A stretch of 64,000 nt of DNA. It comes from Octopus sinensis (taxonomy: Eukaryota). A model generated the notes under the pieces. That model did not search any database. It was not told the origin of the DNA and saw only the letters and a list, made by a program, of their open reading frames with translations. This document shows, in pieces, positions 53,897-64,000 of the stretch. Each line of letters begins with the position of its first letter. Position 1 is the first letter of the stretch. The stretch covers positions 1 through 64,000 of the forward strand of contig NW_021833010.1 of assembly GCF_006345805.1 (NCBI RefSeq), written 5' to 3'. Both the position numbers and the translations under genes were made by a program.

Positions 53897-54330
53897 TTAT
53901 TCGTTACCGATTCTGTTATCGTGTAGGTCCCAGGACGCCAGCAAGAATTTCCTGAAGTGCAAACAGGGTCCGAAGACTTCCATTCTGGAGTTAAGGATGT
54001 TCCTCGGGTCGTGGGTGTCCTTTAATATCCTCGCTCGTTCGGCTATGCACAGTTTACAACGCTTCGTCCCGTTTATGTAGGAGCCTGGATTTTCTAAAAT
54101 TCTCTACGATATTACGTGTAGAATTCTTTCGTCCTTCAGCCGCCATACATGGCTGGCTAATGATGTAGCATATCACCTTTCCGGTATCCTGAAAGAAGAG
54201 CTGTGGTTGGAGAGGCATTACTTGAATGAATTACTGGAGCATCCAATGTATCTCCTTATGCGGGTGTTGGTGATGTTTATCTGCTGGTGTTGACGCTGCT
54301 GCTCAAGACATCGTTGTCATCCCCTGTATC
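53897..54330 (-). pseudogene. Penelope-like element (Neptune-type) GIY-YIG endonuclease C-terminal relic
   Basis: RRYIGCSSNSFK*CLSNHSSSFR...ATSLASHVWRLKD...YINGTKRCKLCIAE...LNSRMEVFGPCLHFRKFLL. Three stops, no frameshift over 117 codons; not present in the ORF track. Confidence 0.8.
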
Positions 54331-55439
54331 TGTCTCCGTCTCCAGTCGTTTTGCCCTGGTTTTGCCAAAAGATTGAAGACGTTCACAGACGCAAGAGGGA
54401 GGCTCACGACACGTAAACAAAATCACTGAGCAAGTCATTAGTCATCCTAAGGGTGACGGACGAAAATATACATTGATGTCATCAGATATTATAAGTTCAT
54501 AGAAATGATAGCGAATGGTGAAAATTTTCTCCAAAGAAGGAGATGAAATTAATGAAACAGCTCCTGGTGGTTTGAAACAATTAAGAAGCATGGTGGAATC
54601 GAAGTGAGACGATTGGGCGCAGCTGTTTGGACCAGGACAATTTGGCACGGCTGACTGGGCATATAAATTATTTTGGTGACAGTACTATTTGGCACTGAAG
54701 GTTAACACACGCACACACACTCACAACACACACACGTACGCACGCACGCATGCATACACGTACAGATAGAGAGAGGGGGAAGAGATAGACTTTACAACTT
54801 TACAATTTATTAATTGACACGATTAGCATAATGATTTTCCTTCTCCTTATATGCATAAAGAGAAATATGCTTACAGGCATAAACAAAGTAAGAGAGGGAG
54901 AGGTGAGATAGGGAGAGGGGGAGAGGGGAGATATGGGAAGGTGGGTAAGGAAGAAGAGAGAAAAGACGAGAGGAACATTAAAACGTCTGATATCAAATAA
55001 ATCAGCGCCGAATCAGCGACGCCAACCAAATAGGCGACGCCAACCAAGTGGGCGGTACTAAAACGGCTGTGACAAAATGACTTATACCCCGGCAAAACTT
55101 AGTGGATGAATAGCTGAGAGAAACTTTAAGCCAGATTAACTAGAATACACTGTTGCTAAAATCCAAGAGAGAAATCCATGATGAGAAAAATGTAGACTGG
55201 ATTGAACGAACTCATGGTTTCTTCAGGATAGTGGAGTATACATGTAAACTTAGAACTACAGAGAGTTTAGAAAGAAGGGGTTTAAACTTCATATTATTTT
55301 CTTTCTGTAAAACATGTCTAACTTCGTAAAACGTTTTATAGCTTAATTGAATTGTCTCAAGTTACGTCGCACTGGTTCCAAAGAAGAATAAAATGGAACT
55401 ATAAATAGCTATCAACGGCTGGAAACTTTAATATATTTA

Positions 55440-56357
55440 TAATCTTACACTTGTTTCAATTGTTAGACTGGGACAACGCCTTGAAGAATTTTTAGTCGAA
55501 CAAATCGACCCCAGGACATTTTTTTTTCTTTTTAAGTCTAGTACTTTTTCCATTTTTCTCTTTTGCCAAACGGCTAAGTTACGATAACGTAAACATAACA
55601 ACACAGGTCGTCAAGCGGTGGGGAGAACAAACACACACACACATACACACATACACACCGTCGCGCGCGCACGCACACACACAGATAGATAGATAGATAT
55701 GTTTCTTTATTAGCCACACAGGGCTGCACACAGACAGAACAAATTACAAGGTAGAGCTTTTCTTTTGGGGGTAAAAAAAAGGGGGTTGGTTTTCGATCAA
55801 AAGGGATCGTAAAAGGAAAGAAAGAGGACAAAAAAGGGGAGGATTTTTTTTAAAAAGGGGGGGAGAGGGAAAAAAAAAGAAAAGGGGAGAGGAAAAAAAG
55901 TTGATCAATAGGGATCGTAATCACAGAAATGTCAATATGAAGTGTAAAGGGGAGGACAGGTGAGGTTTACCCGTGGAAAGAAAAGCCTACGGAAAAGACC
56001 ACGGTAACCTCGGTCAATGAAGTCACATGTTATATTTCTTTCTTTTATTTTTTATTTTTTTGCAAAATAAGCAACTCTCTGTATTAATTTTTACGGTTCA
56101 TACGTGCCATCCTTGCTACATTCACCCATCTTTTTTTAAAACATTCACTAGACAAAACTTGCCTCTCTACTCTCGCTTTCCTCTTCAAGTGATACTTGAA
56201 GAAGTTGATGAGAGATTGACCAGAGAGGAAAGTGTTTGTCTCTAATCCTTTCAGGCGCGTCCACCAGATACATTCTTTCGCCATAGCCACAAGTATGATA
56301 AAAATAGCTCTTCCTTCCCGTTTGAAGGAAGGAGGCGTGATGATATTAACGATAGTG

Positions 56358-56392
<35 letters not shown>

Positions 56393-56553
56393 AAGGGCTT
56401 CTTTCAGTTTCCGTCTACCAAGTCCACTCACGAAGTTTTGGTCGGCTCGAGGCTATAGCAGAAGATACTTACCCAAGGTACCACGCAATGGGACCGATCC
56501 TAGAACCATGTGATTGGGAAGGAAGATTCTTACCACACAGCCACGCCTGCGCC
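55440..56553 (-). mobile_element. OR2-like SINE split by a Tx1 fragment inserted in its internal (GATA)n
   Basis: 3' half at 55440-55683 and 5' half at 56393-56553; GATA repeats at 55684-55700 and 56359-56392. Confidence 0.88.
55701..56358 (-). mobile_element. 5'-truncated Tx1-family LINE (ORF2 C-terminus + 3'UTR), different subfamily from 37183
   Basis: PPSFKREG...WWTRLKGL.TNTFLSGQSL.NFFKYHLK shared with the 37511 ORF; ends gccctgtgtggctaataaagaaac|atatctatctatc. Confidence 0.93.
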
Positions 56554-59469
56554 TAAAATACGCAGAAAAAATATTAAATGTATCTTCTCCGTACACCTTC
56601 TTTACTTTTTTATGTAAATTCCAACCTTTCATATTCCAATCAATTTAATTTAGAGAAGAGACTGTCTCCACGATAATAGTTGGCTTCAACACGGATTAGG
56701 AACTGTTTTATCCCAAAATGAAATGGAATATATAGTTTGTATGTTAATAGAAATAGCTGTAAATAGGGTTCAGGTGGAACCGAAATTCGCATATATTTAC
56801 AGAAGTGAATGATTCCATATTTTGTAGTACTTTCTAGTCAATGTGAACCATTTGAGAGTTGTCTGTTGGAAAGTCATTATGAAGAAACAAGGTCTTGGCT
56901 GTTTGGGCTGGGACAGTATGGGTTTGGTGCAACGGTCAAAGGAAAAGATGGAGAAGATGAAGATGCAAAGGAAAATGGAATAATAGATGGAGAGGGAGAG
57001 AAAGATGGGAGAGAAAAGTGGTGATGATGATGATGGTGATGATGCTCTTGCTGCTACAGATGATGATGGTAATGCTGATGATGATGACAACGCTGGTGTT
57101 GATGGTGGTGATTATGCATTAAAAAAAATGAGATGAGGACAATGGTGGTAGTGGCGGTGGTAGTAGAAGTGGGGTGATAGTTGTGGGAGTTGATAGTTAT
57201 TGAGGTGGCAGTTGTAGTAGTGATGACTTTAATGATGACGATAATGGTAATAGTCATGACAATGAGGATGATGATGATGATGATGATGATGATAATGATG
57301 ATCATCATCATCATTTCTCTTTATCCACCGGCTTACTTCGTTCGAATCTCGCCCACCCCTCATCTTTCTACTGTCGAAGTTGATGCTCATGTTGTCATTC
57401 TTGCTGTTGTTGTTGTAGTTTTTTTAACCCAAAACCAACTTTCAATGAGCAGACTTTTGATCAAAGACGTTCCGTGAAATACAATTCGAGGCGGGAAGAG
57501 AGGGGTGTTTAGCTGCTGTTTCTAGCATTTCGATGGTGCTGTTGTTACTCTTTATTATCGTTACTTCCTAAATCTGCTTCTTGTTTATCTAACTCCCCTT
57601 CCTTATGCTATTCCGCTTCTTTTATTCACTACTCTTTCTCTTTCCCCCTTCTTATCTACTCTCTCTCTCTCTCTCTCTATCTTTCTTCCCTCCTCCTCTA
57701 GTATTCTAATACTTTCTCCTCACCTCCCCCTTTCTCGTTAGTTACCGCTACTGCAACTGCTTTCTTCTCTATTACTTTGCTTCCCTTTCCACTCCTTCCT
57801 TCTCCACTGCTTCGCTTATTCTCTACTGCTTCCCCTCTCCACTGCTTTCATCTCTACTGCAGTGTCGTTTCTACTGCTGTTTTCCTCTCAGCTATTTCCA
57901 CTTCTCTGCTGCTTCCTCCCACTTCGGTTTTCCTTTCAACCACTCTACATTTCCTTCCTCTCTCTTAGTCTTTGTTTCCACCTTCTCCTCTTCCTCCTTT
58001 GTCTACCCCCCCCCCCGCCTTCCATTTCATCTTTTGTCCCTGCATCTCTTCAGCTCTCCATAGCAGTCTTTGTAGAGATGTCGGCGAGTCAAGAGGTAAG
58101 ATTGTGCGACCAGGTATGCAGAGTCCAAAGAACAGACGACAGTTTTTGCTGTTTACTTATCGTTGTTTATTTTTCTGTTCGTGAGTTGTTCCTGCTCTTG
58201 CTGTTCCAGAAATTCTCCCCCTTCCTCCTTCACAAGCATGCAAACCTCAGGTTCACCACATTACACTAGAGAAATGAGTGGCCTTAAAATGGTAGACACC
58301 AACTACTTTGACTACTACGAGAGAGTTTCTACGTGGTCATTCGACTTGCTAGATATAATGACTTAATCCTCCTCAAATCATAAAACCTACGATATTTTTT
58401 TAATGTAGCATAATACGTTGCTTCAAAAGGAGCTGGATAATAATGGCGTGAATGAGTTCGATCAAAGGCTTATTCAATGAGGTCTGACCTGGAGTTAAAG
58501 AAAAACAATAATAACTATTACTATTTCTGTAAGCCTAGGAAGGGCCTCTTTGTAATCAATCAAAATGCTAGAAATAATAACCAAATCTCTTTCGTATCAG
58601 AGATAGAGTGTGCTCGCAGATAAAAAAAAAAAAAAAGATAGGATGGGCACGGTAGGAATCCACCATTCAAATCACCTCTGATTTGTGCCTCAATAACAGA
58701 TACTGCTACCCAAACAATATTTACACCACACACTCCCTTTGTCCGGAGTAAATCCATCTATCTATATATCTGTCTATCTACTTCTAAGTCTTTCTATCAA
58801 TCAATCAACCACACACACACTTGTATGTATGTATGTACGTATGTATGTATGTATGTATGTATGTATGTATGTATGTATGTATGTATGCATGCATGCATGC
58901 ATTATGTATGCGTGTGTGTGTATATATATATATAAAATTTCTCATCCTCTCGTTTATTTTTCTGTTGTCTTTTATATATCCATCCCTCCTTGTTCTGCGA
59001 GCAAGATTCTACTGCTGCTGCTGCTATTACTACTTCTACCAGTTCTACTGCTGCTGCTGCTGCTGCTACTACTACTACTACTATTATATTACGGCTACTG
59101 CCATGGCTAACACCAATTCCTTTGAAAATTTTGTAATTCCTACTTGGTCCAATCTCAATCACTCTCACTCTTTCTCTTTCACTCTCTCTCTCTCCCCTCT
59201 CTCTCTCTCTCTCACCCTGTTTATCTCATTCTGTAAGAGATGAGGGCGATGACGACGACGACGGTGACCACCACCATCGCCGCCACCACCACTACTACGA
59301 TATAGACATTGTAATTCCTCTCACTTATGCAAAACCTGTCCCTCTCTATCTTGTGTACGATCTATTCATTGTTTACTACCTTCTGTACACCTCTCTCCCC
59401 ACCCATATATATGTGCGTGTGTGTGTGTGCGTGTGCGCGCGTGTGTACGTGTGTGTGTGTGTGTAGAAC

Positions 59470-59670
59470 TTAAACAAACCGACACCGGTTATCAAGCGCG
59501 CGCACACACACAAATATACACACACACGCACGCACACACACACACACACACACTCACACACACACACATATATATATATATTTACGAAATTCTCAAAGAA
59601 GTGTTTGGTCGGCTCGGGGCTGTAAATGGAAGACATTTACCCAAGGTGCCCCGTAGCGGTACTGAAATAA
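59470..59670 (-). mobile_element. Degenerate OR2-like SINE fragment
   Basis: accgacaccggttatcaagcg ... tttggtcggctcggggctgtaaatggaagacatttacccaaggtgcc. Confidence 0.7.
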
Positions 59671-59915
59671 TTTTTCTCTTAAGCCATATGCACAAACACA
59701 CAAACACACACATATACACAGAACACACGCGCGTGTGCGCATATGATTGGAACCTTACACTTCGTAAATCGTTGGTTGCCGCGAGTCTTTCGTTTCAACA
59801 ACAACAAAACTCGGAGTAACGAGATATAAACTCCAAAATATATGAATGACAAGTGTCCCGCTATGCAATTCTATCTTTTTTTTATTTCGTCTTCGTCACC
59901 TTTATTCCTTTACTT

Positions 59916-59996
<81 letters not shown>

Positions 59997-60186
59997 CTAT
60001 TCTATCTATCTATCTCTCTCTCTCTCTCTCTCTCTCTCGCTCGCTCTCTCTCCCATTCAAGCCCGTATTTATTTCTCTGTCAGTATATCTCTAAGATCCC
60101 ATTTACCAAATAACATAAGACCGCTGATTTTTAACTCATATTTCCTGTCCTCCATTCTGTCTCTATATATACATATGTGTATATAT

Positions 60187-60236
<50 letters not shown>

Positions 60237-60319
60237 TATTCACATACTCATATGTATATACATGCATATATACATACATATGTATATATATATACATATA
60301 TATATACACATATATGTCA

Positions 60320-60370
<51 letters not shown>

Positions 60371-60578
60371 ATATTATATATATATATATAAATATATATA
60401 TACATACATTTATACAAACAGGCATATATATATATATGTATATATATACATATATATATATACACATATATATAAATATATATATACATATATATACATA
60501 CAAACATATATATGTATATATATACAAATATATATACATATATAAAAACATTCATGCATACATACATACATACATACA

Positions 60579-60611
<33 letters not shown>

Positions 60612-61343
60612 TTTACATATACACACACATATCCCTCTTACCCTGGATATCACTGAGATTTTCCAACATACCCTTTATATCAATCACTTTTCTGTCTCTA
60701 CAGTTCTTCCCCCCTCTCTCTCTCTCTCCCTCTTTCTCTCACCAACTCCCTCCATATTAATCACAACACAAACTCCTCACTCTTACCCAAAGTCAGAGAT
60801 TGTCCATCCAGTGTCTGGTTGAAACTGCTAAGATATATTAAGTGATGCATCGATCACAGAGATACCACACACTACATCCGAACACTTAAGACACAGATGG
60901 AGAGAGACGCAAGTATTTAAAACATACAAACCAACAACGTAAAATACATAATTATAAACGAATTTTACACCACCTCCACCAACAACAACTATAACAACGC
61001 TCTCACTTGACATTCCATCCCAGAATGATACATACCTCCACTACAACACCTTAGTATCCCATCACACACACACGAAACATCATCACTGCAGCAGGCTTAA
61101 ATGCCCACAATTCCTCCTGGTAGAAATATAATAATAATAATAATACAAATAACACAAAATGAAACACAACAGTATTGCATCTAAGCTTCTTTTGCATCTG
61201 GTTAAGTATTTATTAAGTAATTATAATGATTATATAGCTAATGATTTCATGCGAGTCATGGAAACAGCTGTCGAGTAAAACAAATGACATTTTTAGAATA
61301 TCATTGTGATCTCTTGTCTCCTATTCTTATTCCCGTTCGCTTT

Positions 61344-61594
61344 CATCATCATGCGCCCTTTTAAAGCCTAGCCAGGCTCATGGGCCTGGTTTCCCGGTTT
61401 CAATGGCGTAAGTGTTCCCCAGATGGACGGGATGCCAGTCCATCGCAGCGTTACTCATTTTTGCCAGCTAAGTGGACTGGAGCAACGTGAAATGAAGTGT
61501 TTTGCTCAAGAACACAACGCGTCGCCCGGTCCAGGAATCGAAACCACAATCTTACGGTCATGATCTGACACCCTAACCACTAAGCCAAGTGCCT
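61344..61594 (-). mobile_element. Fourth tRNA-derived SINE family with a V-domain-like segment
   Basis: Head ggcttagtggttagggtg...ggtttcgattcc; gttcttgagcaaaacactt...ttgctccagtccac; gctgcgatggactggcatcccgtcc; (ATG)n tail. Confidence 0.8.
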
Positions 61595-61600
61595 TTCTCT

Positions 61601-61656
<56 letters not shown>

Positions 61657-62076
61657 CTCTCGGGTGATTGAGTCAAAAGTCCAATCTTCAAGACTTGATA
61701 TGAGGCTGATTAGAAATTCATTCGAGGTTTCCTTCTCTGTGCTATGGCTATTGCATAGAAATAATCCTTTCTACTTAAAGGCACAACTAACTTTTTTATG
61801 CGAACAACGAAAGAAACAAATGCAAAAGAAGACAAATAATACACACACATACACACACACACACACGCTTACATGCATACATACATATTTAAAATTTTGC
61901 TTGTTGGTTCGTTCACACGTTACGCTTTAGTTAGAGAGTGGGACATAAGGAGCGAGTGAAAGGCAGATGAGAATGGTGGGGAAACTGGAATGAGAGAAGA
62001 AAAAGGAAGAAGAGGAGAGGAGGAGCAAGAGCAAGAAGAGAAGTAAGAGACAGAAGTAGAGAAAGATATAAACATA

Positions 62077-62294
62077 CGAGTGGGTACTGAAAAGTTCTTG
62101 ATTTTAAGGGTATTGCGAAAGGCCTTGCTGGAGGCCCAACCTTCCGACTTCTTTTACAATGATTAGAAAAACTGAAGTTCCGCTGTAATAATTATGTGAA
62201 TCTGAGCGGGGGAATATGTTGAATAAAATCATAATTAACTGATCGTCCTGTATTTTCTTTTACCCAGAGCCAGGAACTGTTCAGCAATCCTTTG
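62077..62294. mobile_element. mariner-derived MITE, 218 bp
   Basis: TA flanks; imperfect TIRs (cgagtgggtactgaaaagttcttg vs caaaggattgctgaacagttcctg); retains the transposase C-terminal relic ...GEYVE*. Confidence 0.75.
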
Positions 62295-62295
62295 T

Positions 62296-62328
<33 letters not shown>

Positions 62329-62329
<1 letters not shown>

Positions 62330-63565
62330 CAAATCTGTTCAGTTTGGCGCACAGATCTTTTTCATTAATTTTTTAAAACTAAACTGTTTGAAACTTCGTA
62401 TACTGTTGGAATTTCTCACCCAGAATACGGTTTACTTTGACAAAATTTCATATTTTAGAAGTTATTTCATGTTAAAGCTGTCGTATTTGGGTAATTTTAA
62501 CCAATCAACGACGTGTATTCAGTTGAAGAAAGCTACTGCTGTTTGCGATTGTAATCGAAGAGGAACAACTTCCGAGTCATCTCTACTAAATGTCACCACT
62601 CTGTTCTATTCGTATGTCGAGCGAAGACGATGCCACCTTTATCCTTTCTTCCTCTCTAGTCAGCACCGTGCATTTCTTTCTCTTTCCCTACCTACTAGCA
62701 GACAGCCAGTTCTACACTATCAACTAGCAACCAGTGAGCGAAATTGTCACTGCCACTACAATATTTTCCGGTATATAAGTCACTATTTTTTACCTGGAAT
62801 ATTTAGAGTGCGGCTTATAGAAAAGTGCGCTTAATATGTGTACTTTTTTAATAAGTTTCAGGAGGAAAATAATTTGTGTATGGAGATCGACTGATTCCAC
62901 TGATTTTTTCAGAGGAAAAGTCGGTTGGTAAACAACGTGAAAGACTATAGTACATTGGTACTTGGAAGAAAACAAAACATATTTTGTTTTGTTTTACCTT
63001 CATGTTTTGATAATGCTAAATTTAATCTAATAATGACAATTATATTGACGAAATGTGTTTGTTGTTGATTATAGTAAGATAAAAATCATAACAATACCTC
63101 ACATAGTCATAAAACAAGGCAGTTTGAATCTACATATACGTCAACAACAAAAAGCTAGCTGCGGAACCGTAGCTCTATATGTTTGCTGGTTACTCCGACG
63201 CGAGAACCGAAAAAAGGAAAAAGAATAAAAAAGAAAAACGTGTAATATGCAACACAGGCAGTAAGCAAAAAAGAAAATAGAATAGGGTGGTGACATTTAG
63301 TAGAGATGACCCGGAAGTTGTTCCTCTTCGATTACTATCGCAAACAGCAGTAGCTTTCTTCAACTGAATACACATCACTGATTAGCTAAAATTACCCAAA
63401 TACGACAACTTTAACACGAAATAACTTCTAAAATACGAAATCTTATCAAAAATGTTTAAAGTAATCCGTATTCTGCGCAAGAAATTCCATCAGCATACGA
63501 AGTTTCAAGGTGTTTGGTTTAAAAAATTTATTTAAAAGTCTGTGCGCAAAATTGAACAGATCTTA
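62329..63565. mobile_element. Long-TIR foldback non-autonomous DNA element (~1.24 kb)
   Basis: Arms 62329-62610 and 63276-63565 are reverse complements (the ORF track gives CIQLKKATAVCD.NRRGTTS.SSLLNVTTLFY on both strands); TA at both ends. Confidence 0.85.
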
Positions 63566-63577
63566 TATAAGTCTATG

Positions 63578-63712
63578 CTGGTTTCAGATTTCGGCTCAGG
63601 GCCAGCAATTTCTGGGGAGCAGGTAAGTCGATTAGATCTCGGTACTTAACTGATAGTTGTTTTTTTTTACTCCGAAAGGATGAAAGGCAAAGTCAACCTC
63701 GGCGGAATTTGC
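63578..63712 (-). mobile_element. OR1-like SINE 3' fragment (tail type B)
   Basis: ccgaaaggatgaaaggcaaagtcaacctcggcggaattt preceded by tttcagatttcggctcagggccagc. Confidence 0.7.
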
Positions 63713-64000
63713 ATGTAACTCTATATTAATATGCTTAAGGAAAATGCATGACATTCTGGTTAGATTAAGGGAGGGGAGAAGAGAGAGCAGATAGAAAGAG
63801 ATGGGAGAGAGAAAGAAAACGACAGAGAGAGAGAGAATACGAAGGGTGGTCAGCGGTGAGAGCTAGGAGGAAATGATTGCTATTATAACGTGAGGTTAAA
63901 TAGTTAAAGAAAGAGTGAAGGGGGGATAGAAAAAGAAAATGTTTACTGAAGGGAACAGCGAAAAGTGTAATTTTTCTACGTTTATGTATTTGTTTTACAA

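Noticed and set aside
62292-63378. Two similar ORFs (62292..62834 + and 63190..63378 -) as duplicated genes
   Set aside because: They are the two arms of one inverted repeat read on opposite strands.

Overview
Eukaryotic, repeat-saturated, AT-rich intergenic or intronic DNA. The SINE families and the extreme (TA)n/(CA)n/(TACA)n/(GATA)n density point to an Octopus genome; this is inferred from memory of those repeat families, not from a search. No host gene can be supported, and almost all listed ORFs are microsatellite read-throughs. The recognisable content is mobile DNA: (1) an apparently full-length but disabled Tx1/L1-clade LINE (37183-43024, minus) plus two truncated relatives; (2) two Dong/R4-clade REL-endonuclease LINE fragments; (3) a near-intact DD34D mariner, plus Tc1/mariner relics and MITEs; (4) a Penelope-like GIY-YIG relic and two degenerate hammerhead-ribozyme motifs; (5) a CR1/L2-group LINE relic; (6) many copies of four tRNA-derived SINE families. 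The most interesting signal is a set of apparently microsatellite-targeted retroelements. The Tx1 family sits in (GATA)n at both ends in two independent copies. One SINE subfamily carries a 33-nt 3' tail matching that LINE's 3' end (27/33) and also abuts (GATA)n. The Dong elements end in (TAA)n.
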